Positions 51,940 through 61,982 of a stretch of 64,000 nucleotides of DNA are shown here, in pieces (position 1 is the first letter of the stretch; each line of letters opens with the position of its first letter). This DNA is from an uncultured delta proteobacterium (GTDB lineage Bacteria > Myxococcota > Kuafuiibacteriia > Kuafuiibacteriales > Kuafuiibacteriaceae): NCBI GenBank assembly GCA_963803435.1, contig CAWDML010000004.1, forward strand, positions 263,413 to 327,412, in the 5' to 3' direction. Both the position numbers and the translations under genes were made by a program. Under the pieces are notes generated by a model. That model did not search any database and was not told where the DNA came from. It was given only the letters and a program-made list of their open reading frames with translations.

Positions 51940-52301
51940 GTACGAGTCCGTGAACGCGCCGTGAAATGCGAGACCTCGAAGCCTCGGTGAGACCTCCAGA
52001 TCGAAGGGTGCGGAGCGGAAGCCACAGAAGAGGAATGCAACCAACCTTGCATTTGGTATCGGGCGGAGTCGTGGGATGTGGAGACCGAGCCCACATTGGG
52101 TTCGTGGGGCCGATGGCGGATGCGATAATAGATACCAATACTTGAGGACTGCCGCCCGCGCCGGGCGCGGGCGCGGTGCTGCTTCGGGCGGACCTCTGGT
52201 GAACGGGCCTGTCGACATGGATCGGAAATCGCACTGGTCCTCGGTGCCGCTGCAGTCATTCGTCGGCTGACGGTTGGACGCAGCAGGAAAGGACTTCCGA
52301 A

Positions 52302-55277
52302 ATGAAGGTTGCCATCGGCTTCGTTGGTGCTTTGCTTCTCGCAGTCTCGGGCGCCGCGTGCCGCGACCAGCCGGCGTTGACCCACGTCAACTCAATCATC
52401 GAGACCGCAACCAGCCTCGACTTCGGAGAGGTCCTGCTGGGCACGTCGAAGACGCTCGCGCTCGACGTGTCGAACCGGGGTGACGACGTCCTGCACGTCT
52501 GCGTCGAGGGCACCGAGCTCACGCGCTGCTCGGCGCAGGCCTCCGGGGTCCGGCCGCAGGGGACGGCCTTCTCGGTGGCCTTCGACGGCCTCTCCGAGGA
52601 GCGAATGGCCTGGAACGTCGAGAAAGGCTCGACGCGTCAGCTCCTGGTGACCTACACGCCCTCCGCCGAGGGACCCTCCGGCGCCACCCTGGTGCTGGTC
52701 CACGACGGCAGCAACGGCCCGAGCACGCTGATCGAGCTCGCCGGATCCTCGGTCGGTCCGCGCGTCGAGCTTTCGCCGACCAACCTCGACTTCGGTCAGG
52801 TATCGGTGGGACGGCGGCAGGAGCTTCAGATCACCTTCGCGAACAAGACGTCGTTCCTCACCCCCGTCACGGTGGCGCTCGACGAGCAGTCGTCGATCGA
52901 GCTGGGGCTGACCGGCGACGCGGGCGAGGTCCCCGCCAACCAACCGCTCAGCACCTCGATCCCCGGCAACGGAACGCTGACCGTCACCGTGTGGATCGTC
53001 CCGGCTGACGAAGGGCCGATCGAGAATGGGCTCTCGATCTCCTACTGTACGACCTGCAACACCCGCGTCCCGATCACCGCCGTGGGCGTGAAGCCGTACT
53101 TCCGCGTCCAGCCCGCGTCGCTCGATCTCGGCTCTCTGGCGGAGGGCACGCCGGCGAGCTCGACGTTCGTGGTGGAGAACGCAGGCGCCGTCGGCCTGAC
53201 CGTCGAGGCGATCGAACCGGATCAGTCGACGACCACCGAGTTCATGGTCGCGACCTCTCAGCTCCCCAAGGTCCTCATGCCGGGCGAGCGGCTCACGGCG
53301 GCCGTCACGTACGTCGGTGTGACGCCCGGTCTCGACGAAGGCTTCATCGTCGTCCGGACCAACGCATGGAACGATCCGTCGACCGCCACCGACGAGAGTG
53401 TCGCCATGGTGGCCGTCCGGGCCGAGTCGGTCGGCGCCGACATCGAGGCGATCCCGAGCACAATCGCGTTCGGCACCGTCGACGTGGGCAGCTCGTCGAT
53501 CCGGAACGTCCTGCTCCAGAACTCGGGCAACCAGCCGCTCCAGGTGACCGGCATCAGCCTCGAGTCGGCGACGAGCGAGATCGCGCTGACGCTGGCGCCG
53601 CCGACGCCGCTGACGCTCCAGCCCGGCGACTCCGTCCCCGTGACGATGACCTATCGCCCCACTGATACCGGGATGGACACGGCCAACCTGGTGATCGACT
53701 CGACCGATCGAGACGAGGGACATCTCAGCATTCCCGCCAGCGGAGTTGGCGGGGTCGCGAATGCTTGCACGGTGGCGATCACGCCCGGCTCGGTCCAGTT
53801 CGGGCTGGTCCAGGCCAACCGCACTGCCAACCTGGGCGTGCTGATCTCGAGCGCCGGCGGCCAGCCCTGCACGGTGAGCAACTTCGCGCTCAACGGCAAC
53901 GCCGAGCTACAACTGGTGGGCGCACCGGGCTCGATGACGCTGGCGTCGGGTGAGAGTCAGCGGGTGATGCTCAGCTACACGCCGACGCAGAACGGCAACC
54001 ACACCGCGACGCTCACCTTCGTCACGAACGATCCGGGACAGCCGGTCGCCTCCGTCCCGGTCAGCGGTTCGAGCTTCCCCACCAGCATCGTGGTGAGCCC
54101 GCCCGACGTCGACTTCGGGCTGGTGCCGACAAACTGCCAATCGGCGCTCCGATACGTGAGCATCTACAACACGGGGACCAGCCAGGAGACGATCTCCCAG
54201 ATCTTCCTCGATCCCTCCAGCTCGGCCGAGCTGGTGCTGAACCCGGCGTCGATTCCGATCACGCTGCCCGCGGGCGCGCAGTCGACGCTCAGCCTGCGCT
54301 ACCGGCCCACGGATATCGGCACGGACTACGGCATCCTCTTCATCCAGCACTCGGCGGCCGGGGTGCCGGTGGCCGTGCCGCTCACCGGCATGTCCGATCC
54401 GAACGCGGTGGTCACCGACTCGTTCGAGCAGCTCCCCTCGCCCGCGGACGTCCTGTTCGTCGTCGACAACTCGTACTCGATGATGGAGGAGCAGGCGAAC
54501 CTGGGGGCCAACCTGGGCGCGTTCCTCTCGTTCGCGCAGGGGCAGGGCGTCGACTATCAGATCGCGGTCACCACCACCGACGTCCGTGCGGCGCCCACCG
54601 GGCAGCACGGCCAGTTCGTCGGCGCTACGCGGATCATCACGCCGGGGACGCCGAGCAAGGAGAGCGTCTTCCAGTCGAACGTCAACGTCGGCATCGACGG
54701 CTCGCCGGACGAGCAGGGCTTCGAGGGCGCGTACCTGGCGCTCTCGCCGGCGAACCTGGCCGGGCCAAACGCCGGTTTCCTGCGGCCCGGGGCGATCCTG
54801 GCAGTGGTGGTGGTCTCGGACGAAGAGGATCAGTCGGTCGATCCCAACAACACCGCACAGTATCGAGCCGTGAGCTTCTATCAGAGCTTCTTCCAGAGCA
54901 TGAAGCCGAACGGCTCGTTCATCTTCAGCGCGATCGTGGGGACCACCAACCCCGACTGTAGCTCGCCGAACGGGCTCGCGTACTACGCGCCGCGGTACAT
55001 CCAGATGGCGCAGGCGACCGGCGGCGTGGTCGAGTCGATCTGCAACCCGAACTGGGGACAGAGCCTAGCGAACATCGGCGTGCGGAGCTTCGGGCTCAAG
55101 AAGTCCTTCGAGCTCTCGTCGCAGCCAGTGCCCGCGACCATCTCCGTGACACTCGACGGCGCGCCCGCCGCGGCGGGGAGCTGGACCTACGATACGCTGA
55201 CCAACCGCGTGAACTTTGCCGTGGAGCCGCCCTCGTACACCACGATCGACATCCAATACAGCGTGCAATGTCTGTGA
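52302..55277 (+). CDS. Lipoprotein with six Ig-like (ASH/choice-of-anchor-D-type) repeats and a C-terminal vWA domain
   Basis: Lipobox GAAC; repeats starting LDFGEV/LDFGQV/LDLGSL/IAFGTV/VQFGLV/VDFGLV; MIDAS DVLFVVDNSYSM, VVVSDEEDQS. Confidence 0.85.
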   Translation: MKVAIGFVGALLLAVSGAACRDQPALTHVNSIIETATSLDFGEVLLGTSKTLALDVSNRGDDVLHVCVEGTELTRCSAQASGVRPQGTAFSVAFDGLSEERMAWNVEKGSTRQLLVTYTPSAEGPSGATLVLVHDGSNGPSTLIELAGSSVGPRVELSPTNLDFGQVSVGRRQELQITFANKTSFLTPVTVALDEQSSIELGLTGDAGEVPANQPLSTSIPGNGTLTVTVWIVPADEGPIENGLSISYCTTCNTRVPITAVGVKPYFRVQPASLDLGSLAEGTPASSTFVVENAGAVGLTVEAIEPDQSTTTEFMVATSQLPKVLMPGERLTAAVTYVGVTPGLDEGFIVVRTNAWNDPSTATDESVAMVAVRAESVGADIEAIPSTIAFGTVDVGSSSIRNVLLQNSGNQPLQVTGISLESATSEIALTLAPPTPLTLQPGDSVPVTMTYRPTDTGMDTANLVIDSTDRDEGHLSIPASGVGGVANACTVAITPGSVQFGLVQANRTANLGVLISSAGGQPCTVSNFALNGNAELQLVGAPGSMTLASGESQRVMLSYTPTQNGNHTATLTFVTNDPGQPVASVPVSGSSFPTSIVVSPPDVDFGLVPTNCQSALRYVSIYNTGTSQETISQIFLDPSSSAELVLNPASIPITLPAGAQSTLSLRYRPTDIGTDYGILFIQHSAAGVPVAVPLTGMSDPNAVVTDSFEQLPSPADVLFVVDNSYSMMEEQANLGANLGAFLSFAQGQGVDYQIAVTTTDVRAAPTGQHGQFVGATRIITPGTPSKESVFQSNVNVGIDGSPDEQGFEGAYLALSPANLAGPNAGFLRPGAILAVVVVSDEEDQSVDPNNTAQYRAVSFYQSFFQSMKPNGSFIFSAIVGTTNPDCSSPNGLAYYAPRYIQMAQATGGVVESICNPNWGQSLANIGVRSFGLKKSFELSSQPVPATISVTLDGAPAAAGSWTYDTLTNRVNFAVEPPSYTTIDIQYSVQCL

Positions 55278-55310
55278 GCGCAAAGGAGGAGGCGGGTCGC
55301 GCTTCGGGGT

Positions 55311-56375
55311 CTAGCGCACCGTCACGCGAAGCACCTGTGCCACGTTGTTTCCCATGCCTTGGAGATTCCAGGGAGCATCGAGCGGTTGCGTGCGCCCCTT
55401 CGCGTCGGAGGCCCGGCAGGTGAGGACGTGCTCGCCGGGCGTCGCGTTCCAGCGGAACGTGAACCGGCGCCAGGCGAACTCTCCCAAGGCCGGCTCGAGC
55501 TCTGCGGTCATGAAGGCGCCGTCGATCCCGATGACCACCGAGGTGATCTCGGCGTCGCCGCACCAGGCCCGGCCGGTCAACGTCACCTCGCCGGCGTCGA
55601 CGATCCGGTGGCGCGTGAAGAAGTCCGGGAAGCCGGGCGGCGCCATCAAGGCGCGGGGGCGGATGCGATCGACGGGTCGTCCCTGCTCCTCGGGCGTCTG
55701 CTTGTACCAGTACGCGGTCTTCTGCTGATAGCCTTCGAACGGCTCGGTCACCGCTTCGATCCGCTTCAGCCACTTCACGCTGGTCATTCCGTACCAGCCC
55801 GGAACGATCAGGCGCAGCGGAAAGCCGTGCTGGGGCTCGAGCGGCCGACCGTTCATCTCGAAGGCGATCATGGTCTCGGGACGTCGCAGCTCCGCGACCG
55901 TGAGGCTCCGGGCGTAGTCGTGCTCGTGCTCCTTCTCAGTGCCGTGATCGGCGCCCGTGAAGATGCACTCGACGGTGCCCTGCTTGAGGCCGGCCTCGTC
56001 GAGCAGACGCGCCACCGGGACGCCGGTCCACTCGGCGGTCCCAATCGCGCCGTCGAGCCACGGTTGACTGAGCGGCCGCGGCTTCAGCTCCGCGCGACCG
56101 TTGCCGGCGCACTCGAGCGTCAGCGGGATCGTCGTGCACGGACGGGCGCGGAGGTCGTCGGCGGAGAGGCGGAGCGGGTGCTCGACGTGGCCGTCAATCA
56201 CGAGTCGATGGGTCGCGTCGTCGAGGAACGGTACGTCGAAGTGCACCAGCAGGTAGTGCATGCCGATCGGTGTGAGGTCGTACTGGAGCGCTTCGAGCGG
56301 CATCGACTTGTTGCGCGCGGCGAGGTGCAGCTCTTCGTCAGTCAGCGGGCCGTCGGTCGGTGGGAGCGGCTTCAC
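55311..56375 (-). CDS. Sulfite oxidase-family molybdoenzyme (no signal peptide)
   Basis: TLECAGNGR, WTGV, YARSL, MNGRPL..HGFPLRLIVPGWYG..SVKWL, Ig-like dimerisation domain. Confidence 0.9.
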   Translation of the reverse strand: MKPLPPTDGPLTDEELHLAARNKSMPLEALQYDLTPIGMHYLLVHFDVPFLDDATHRLVIDGHVEHPLRLSADDLRARPCTTIPLTLECAGNGRAELKPRPLSQPWLDGAIGTAEWTGVPVARLLDEAGLKQGTVECIFTGADHGTEKEHEHDYARSLTVAELRRPETMIAFEMNGRPLEPQHGFPLRLIVPGWYGMTSVKWLKRIEAVTEPFEGYQQKTAYWYKQTPEEQGRPVDRIRPRALMAPPGFPDFFTRHRIVDAGEVTLTGRAWCGDAEITSVVIGIDGAFMTAELEPALGEFAWRRFTFRWNATPGEHVLTCRASDAKGRTQPLDAPWNLQGMGNNVAQVLRVTVR

Positions 56376-56848
56376 GCGGCGAACCTACCACGGCCTCGGG
56401 TGTCGGGCTGAGCGCACCCGGCTGATCGGTCGGGCTCAGCGCGCCGGCGTCGGCGGTGGCGAACGAGACGCTCCCCTGAGTCTGCTGGCGCCGTCGCTCG
56501 GCCCAGGCGCGGATGGAGCTGCGGGCCTCGCTGAGGTCCAGGCCCTTCGGTCGCGGCGGCGGATGGCGCTCGGCGAAGGAGACGACGCCCACGTAGATGG
56601 TGACCACCGCGATCGATCCAAACGCGAAGAATCCGAGACCGATCAGGCATGCGTGGAGGAGCTTGGAGGGGGCCGCCGGGTCGGCCGTCCAAACCGTGCG
56701 CGTGACCACCGCCGCGACGCTGAGGAGCCAGTCCTCGACGTTCGGCGGGCGCGTGACAGGAGGGAGGAGCATCACCAAGAGCATGGGGACGGTGATGGTG
56801 AGGATGAAGAGCCAGCGTTGCCAGGTCGTCAGCACCTGAATCGAGCAT
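56372..56848 (-). CDS. Small hypothetical membrane protein (ends uncertain)
   Basis: Two hydrophobic segments in ORF 56338..56907, filling the gap between rmlD and the oxidase gene. Confidence 0.4.
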   Translation of the reverse strand: MLDSGADDLATLALHPHHHRPHALGDAPPSCHAPAERRGLAPQRRGGGHAHGLDGRPGGPLQAPPRMPDRSRILRVWIDRGGHHLRGRRLLRRAPSAAATEGPGPQRGPQLHPRLGRATAPADSGERLVRHRRRRRAEPDRSAGCAQPDTRGRGRFAA

Positions 56849-56867
56849 AGTCCCCGGACCTGGAGAG

Positions 56868-57713
56868 TCACCAGGTCGAGAGGTATTCGGCGAGGGCCTC
56901 CTGCCAAGCCTTCGGCGCCGGGAGCCCGCGGGCGGGGAGGGCCAGGCTCCGCGACACCTCGCTCTTCGGTCGCGGCGCCGGAAGTGGGAACACATCCGAC
57001 CCCACCTCGGTCAGCTCGGACTTCGACCCGAGGAGGTGCCTCATCTCAGTGACCAGATCGAAGCGGCTGGCTGCGCCAGCGTTCGTGACATGGAAGAGCC
57101 CGGCCGCATCGGCCTCGATCAACGCGCGGATCGACTCCACCAGATCGCGCGCGTACGTGGGTGATCCGACGATGTCGCCGACGGCCTTCACGGGCTCGCC
57201 GGCCAGCAGCCGCTCGCGGACCTTGCCGACGAACTTCTTGTCCTCCCGCCCGCCGCCCATGACCCAGGCGGTGCGGACGATCGTGGCGTCCGGCTGGATA
57301 CGTTGCACGGCGCGCTCACCCGCGAGCTTGGTCTTCGCGTAGACGTTCACCGGCGACGGCTCGTCGAGCTCGGTGAACGGTCCGGCGCGTCCGTCGCCGC
57401 AGAAGATCCCGACCGTCGATACTTGCAGCAGACGGGCGCCGCGTTCGTGGACGGCGCGCGCGAGGTTCTCGGCCCCGATCGTGTTGAGGCGGTAGGCCCA
57501 GACCGGATCCTGCTCGGCGCGATCCAGATCCGTGGCGGCCGCCAGGTTGATCACCCAGGTATACGGCTTCGTCAACCTGGCTTGCACGGCGTCGAGGTCC
57601 GTGACGTCGAGCTCGGCGCGGGAGGCGAGATCCAGCGGCTGGGGGAACGAGTCGGCCAGCGCCGCGAGCTGACGGCCGACCGTTCCGCCCGCGCCGGTGA
57701 CCAGGATCGTCAT
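56868..57713 (-). CDS. rmlD: dTDP-4-dehydrorhamnose reductase
   Basis: VTGAGGTVG, NLAAATD, PVNVYAKTKLAGE, GSPTY, APRP. Confidence 0.92.
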   Translation of the reverse strand: MTILVTGAGGTVGRQLAALADSFPQPLDLASRAELDVTDLDAVQARLTKPYTWVINLAAATDLDRAEQDPVWAYRLNTIGAENLARAVHERGARLLQVSTVGIFCGDGRAGPFTELDEPSPVNVYAKTKLAGERAVQRIQPDATIVRTAWVMGGGREDKKFVGKVRERLLAGEPVKAVGDIVGSPTYARDLVESIRALIEADAAGLFHVTNAGAASRFDLVTEMRHLLGSKSELTEVGSDVFPLPAPRPKSEVSRSLALPARGLPAPKAWQEALAEYLSTW

Positions 57714-58426
57714 CGACCGAGGACCAGATCGTTCGCCAGCTTCCAGGAGTCGAACGTGCCGGCGTCGGTCCAGAAGCCCTCGAGCATGCCGTACTGGAGC
57801 GTGCCCGCGTCGATGTACGCGTTGTTGACGTCGGTGATCTCGAGCTCGCCGCGGCCCGACGGCTTGAGCGTCTTCACGATGTTGAAGACGTCGGCGTCGT
57901 AGAAGTAGATGCCGGTGACGGCGAGGTCGCTCTCGGGCGCCTTCGGCTTCTCGAGCACCCGCACGATCTTGTCACCGCTGACCGTGGCGACGCCGTAGCG
58001 CTGCGGATCCGGGACGGCCTTGAGGCAGATGCGGGCTCCCTTGGGCTGCTTGAGGAAGGCGGACGCGATCGGCGCCAGGTCGGCCTCGAAGACGTTGTCG
58101 CCCAGGATCACGCAGCAACGATCGCTGCCGACGAAGGTCTCGCAGAGACCGAGCGCCTGCGCGATGCCGCCGGCCTCGTCCTGCACGCGATACGTGAACT
58201 CCGCTCCGAACTCGCGGCCGCTGCCCAGCAAGCCGACCACGTCGCCCATGTGCTCGGTGCCGGTGATGACCATGATCTCGGCGATGCCGGCGCCCAGGAG
58301 CTTCTTGATCGGGTGGAAGATCATCGGCTCTCGACCGACGGGGAGCAGGTGCTTGTTCGTCACCTTGGTCAGCGGATACAGGCGCGAGCCGGTCCCGCCG
58401 GCGAGGACGATGCCTTTGATCTTCAC
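57710..58426 (-). CDS. rmlA: Glucose-1-phosphate thymidylyltransferase (short form)
   Basis: GIVLAGGTGSRLYPLT, LGDN, EKP, PSGRGELEITD, WTDAGT. Confidence 0.93.
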   Translation of the reverse strand: MKIKGIVLAGGTGSRLYPLTKVTNKHLLPVGREPMIFHPIKKLLGAGIAEIMVITGTEHMGDVVGLLGSGREFGAEFTYRVQDEAGGIAQALGLCETFVGSDRCCVILGDNVFEADLAPIASAFLKQPKGARICLKAVPDPQRYGVATVSGDKIVRVLEKPKAPESDLAVTGIYFYDADVFNIVKTLKPSGRGELEITDVNNAYIDAGTLQYGMLEGFWTDAGTFDSWKLANDLVLGR

Positions 58427-59451
58427 GGAGTCTCCTTCTGAAGGCGTGCTCCGTACTGCGTCTCGTAATAGTCGAGGTACGCGCCGGAGCGGATGCGCTG
58501 CCACCAGTCTCGGTGTGCGAGGTACCAGTCGATGGTGCTGGGCAGCCCGTCCTCGAAGCGGATGCGGGGCTGCCAGCCGAGGTCGGTGTTCATCTTGGTG
58601 GGATCGATCGCGTAGCGGCGGTCGTGGCCCGGCCGATCCTGGACGTGACGGATGAGGGTCTCGGGCTTGCCGAGGTGGGTGAGCAGCCGCTTCACGATCT
58701 CGATGTTCGGGCGCTCGTTCTTGCAGCCGATGTTGTAGACCTGACCGCTCTCGCCCTTGGTGCGGACGGCCTCGATGGCGCGGCAGTGATCCTCGACGTG
58801 CAGCCAGTCGCGGACCTGCATGCCGTCGCCGTAGACGGGGAGCGGCTGGTCGGCGAGGGCATTGATGATCATGAGCGGGATCAGCTTCTCCGGGAACTGA
58901 TAGGGGCCGTAGTTGTTGCTGCAGCGGGTGACCACGACGTCCAGCTCGAACGTGTGACGGTAGGCGAGCGCGACCAGATCGGCGGCCGCCTTGGAGGCGC
59001 TGTACGGGCTGCTCGGCTTCAGCGGAGAAGTCTCGGTGAAGTAGCCCTCGGCGCCGAGCGAGCCGTAGACCTCGTCGGTGGACACCATCACGAAGCGCTG
59101 GACGCCCGACTTCCTGGCGGCGTCGAGCAGCACCTGGGTGCCGAGGACGTTGGTGGTGGTGAAGACGCGCGGCCCCAGGATGCTCCGATCGACGTGGGAC
59201 TCGGCGGCGAAGTGGACCACGAACTCCGGCTTCTCCTCGGCGAAGAGGGCTTCGACGGCGGCGGCGTCGGTGATGTCGCCCCGGACGAAGCGGAAGCGCG
59301 GCGCGTGCTCCAGCAACTGGAGGCTCTCCAGGTTGCCGGCGTACGTGAGCGCGTCGAGGACGACGATGCGGTCCGAGCTCTCAGCGATGCGTTGATGGAC
59401 GTAGTTCGCGCCGATGAAGCCAGCGCCGCCGGTCACCAGGATCGTGGGCAT
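58423..59451 (-). CDS. rmlB: dTDP-glucose 4,6-dehydratase
   Basis: VTGGAGFIG, AAESHVDRSI, STDEVYG, YSASK, RCSNNYGPYQFPEKLIP, DRPGHDRRY. Confidence 0.96.
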   Translation of the reverse strand: MPTILVTGGAGFIGANYVHQRIAESSDRIVVLDALTYAGNLESLQLLEHAPRFRFVRGDITDAAAVEALFAEEKPEFVVHFAAESHVDRSILGPRVFTTTNVLGTQVLLDAARKSGVQRFVMVSTDEVYGSLGAEGYFTETSPLKPSSPYSASKAAADLVALAYRHTFELDVVVTRCSNNYGPYQFPEKLIPLMIINALADQPLPVYGDGMQVRDWLHVEDHCRAIEAVRTKGESGQVYNIGCKNERPNIEIVKRLLTHLGKPETLIRHVQDRPGHDRRYAIDPTKMNTDLGWQPRIRFEDGLPSTIDWYLAHRDWWQRIRSGAYLDYYETQYGARLQKETP

Positions 59452-59477
59452 CGAAGGATGTGCTTACCACAAGGCCG

Positions 59478-60062
59478 TCAAAAGATGGCCTCCGGCACGT
59501 ACACGATGTCGCCCGGCTGCAGCAGGAAGTTCGGGGATTGGCCCTTGCGGATGTCGTCGACGGGCACGCTGAAGGGCTGCTCCACGTCGATCCGGGTCAC
59601 CTTGACGCTGTTGGTGGCGGCGAGGGGTGCAAAACCGCCCGCCGTCGTGATCGCCTGGATGACGGTCATCCCGGCCTCGTAGGCGAACGAGCCGGCCTTG
59701 GCCACCTGACCCAGCACGTGGACCTTCTGCGACTTCTGCTCGCGAACGAAGACGGTGACCTGAGGATCGCGGAGGAAGCCGTCGGCGAGGCGGGTTCGGA
59801 TCTCGGTGGCGACGACGTCGGGATGCTTGTCCCGGATGGCGACCTTTCCGATCAGAGGGAAGTCGATCGTGCCGTCCCGCCCCACGCGGTAGACCCCGGC
59901 GAGATCGGGCTCGCGGAAGACCTTGATCTCGATGACGTCGCCGGCGCTGAGCTTCTCGGCCTTGTCCTCGAGGGCGTCGATCTGGTCGCGGTCCGGCGGC
60001 GGCACATTCGTGGTGCTGCACGCCGACGCGAGCAATGCGAGGCACAGGAGGAGGCGTTTCAT
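59478..60062 (-). CDS. wza: Short OPX polysaccharide export lipoprotein (Poly_export + one SLBB)
   Basis: Lipobox LASAC; GDVIEI.V, DGTIDFPLIG, VLGQV, AGGF, LQPGDIVYVPE. No C-terminal membrane helix. Confidence 0.9.
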   Translation of the reverse strand: MKRLLLCLALLASACSTTNVPPPDRDQIDALEDKAEKLSAGDVIEIKVFREPDLAGVYRVGRDGTIDFPLIGKVAIRDKHPDVVATEIRTRLADGFLRDPQVTVFVREQKSQKVHVLGQVAKAGSFAYEAGMTVIQAITTAGGFAPLAATNSVKVTRIDVEQPFSVPVDDIRKGQSPNFLLQPGDIVYVPEAIF

Positions 60063-60067
60063 GACCG

Positions 60068-61327
60068 TCAGTAACGCAGGGTGAGGTTGAGGAATGCCTG
60101 GTGGCGGACGTAGTCCTCGAGGAAGAAGGAGCCCACGCCCGAGGCGATCGCCGACTCGTTGTTCGAGCTCTGGAAGAGGACGCGATAGTTCACCGCGAGG
60201 CTAAGGAAGTCGAAGAACCAGTACGCGACGCGCGCGTCGCCGACGACCAGGTGCGCACCGCCGTCAGGGATGCCGTAGGAGCGATGCTCGTAGCCCGCGA
60301 GCGCGCCGATGATCAGGCGCCCGCCGATACCGATCTGCATGCCAGCCCGCGCGGCGTCCGAGATGTAGTTGTCGAGCAGAATGATCGGCTGGACCGACCG
60401 GGTGTAGTCGACGGAGATGAAGCTCAGCTCGTTGAAAGCATACTTGGCGCCGGCCTTCGCGATCAGCGTCCGCCGATTGTCGGCCGCACAGCTGGCCGAA
60501 GAGATTGTCCTCCCAGGTCAGCGAGTCGCCGAACCCCGCCGCAAGATCGACGGTGATCCGGGGCGTCACCTGACCGATGAGCCCGAGCGTGAGGTTGTAT
60601 GGCGTCGAAGCTCGCGTGTTCATCTCTCTGGCTCCGACGATGTTGAAGACAGTGAAGTCGCCATGGAACACGGCGGCCGTCTTCGGGAGGAACTTGTAGC
60701 GAGCTTCGAGCAGCGCGCCGTGCTGCATCGAGTTGTCGAGATCGTCGTAGAGGTTCAGCGTGTTGGTGTAGCCGAGGTCGAACTCGAGCGCGCCGCCGCC
60801 TGGACGAAGCGTCAATCGCGCCACGCCTCGGTTTGCCCACTGCTTGAAGCGAACCTCGTCGGCGCGATCGGTTCCCACTTCCTCGATGTACGTGGGCGTT
60901 CGGATGAACGTGTCCGAGACGTGAAGCCGACGACGCTCGCCTTCGAACCAAGACGCGAAGTCCAGGGTCGCGTCCGCGCCGACGTTGGCCCGCCGGTGCT
61001 GGTTGGAGCTCGCGCCCACCTTGAAGAAGTAGTTGACGCTGGCGTGGGCGCCGAAACCCAGCCGAACCGTCGAGCCCGGCACCTCGACCGAGACCCCAGG
61101 ACGGATGAGCATTCGTCCGTCGGGATCCGATCGCCGTCGGGTGTGAGATTCGGGTCCAGCCGCGACACGTTCGAGTCGAAGGCGACCCCCAGCGTCAGCT
61201 CGGCATGTATCCGAGACTTCTCCCCGATCGGGAACCCAGTGGTCGCACCGGTTTCGCCCTGCGCGAAGGCAGGGGCCGCGTATGCGGTCAGGGCGACCGC
61301 CAAGAGGAAGGTCGATGCACGCATCAC
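60068..61327 (-). CDS. Outer-membrane beta-barrel partner of the OPX (EpsX/Wzp-like), frameshifted
   Basis: Signal peptide, G..FDSNV, alternating beta-strand pattern, YKFLPKTA, C-terminal ...LNLTLRY. Directly upstream of the short OPX gene. Confidence 0.75.
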
Positions 61328-61935
61328 TGTACGCTCGCGATCGGCGGAATCACCGGGGCCGGGCCCACGGGTGGCGGCAAGGTCGGATCCTGCTCGGGCA
61401 CGTCCTCATCGATCTCGACGGTGACCTCGGTCTGACCGGTGTAGATCGCGATCTCGCCGACGCACTGCTCGGCCTCGGCGCCCAGCGTCACCGTGCGCTG
61501 GTGGGCGACGGTGATCTTGGTGAACTCGTGGTTGATCGTGTCTTCCTGATTGCCGGAGATGGCGTCGTACATCGACACCGAGGCGGCCTCGGAGATCTTC
61601 AACAGCCCTTTGATCTGCGTGAGCTTCTCATTGATGCAGTTGAGCTGGACGATGTCCTTGGCGGCGCGGGCTTCCTTGAGCAGGTTCGAGACGCGCGCCA
61701 GGATCTTCCGCTCCTCGGCGAGCATCCCCTCGACCCGGGATGTCTTCTCCTCGGTGGGGACGCTGGCGGCGTCGATCCCGGCGATCGGGGTGTACGGCGA
61801 ATCGGCGCGCGCCGCGTCGGGGCGCTCCGCCTTCACCTCGGGGGGCGGGGCTTCGGGCGGCGGGTCCTGCGACCACGCCGACGCCGGAACCAGCGAGAGC
61901 GAGAACAGCCCGAAAATCATGGCTACGCGCCGCAT
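61324..61935 (-). CDS. Secreted alpha-helical protein with two Cys
   Basis: Signal peptide, Pro-rich linker, KDIVQLNCINEKL and AEAEQCVG. Stop overlaps the barrel gene start. Confidence 0.75.
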   Translation of the reverse strand: MRRVAMIFGLFSLSLVPASAWSQDPPPEAPPPEVKAERPDAARADSPYTPIAGIDAASVPTEEKTSRVEGMLAEERKILARVSNLLKEARAAKDIVQLNCINEKLTQIKGLLKISEAASVSMYDAISGNQEDTINHEFTKITVAHQRTVTLGAEAEQCVGEIAIYTGQTEVTVEIDEDVPEQDPTLPPPVGPAPVIPPIASVQ

Positions 61936-61944
61936 GGCGCCAGG

Positions 61945-61973
61945 GGCATAAGCCGGGCCCACTCTCGTGTCAA
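61945..61973 (-). promoter_or_regulatory. Candidate sigma-70 promoter for the export/rml operon
   Basis: TTGACA-17 bp-TATGCC on the minus strand, ending 9 nt before the ATG at 61935. Confidence 0.45.
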
Positions 61974-61982
61974 ACAGTCGCC

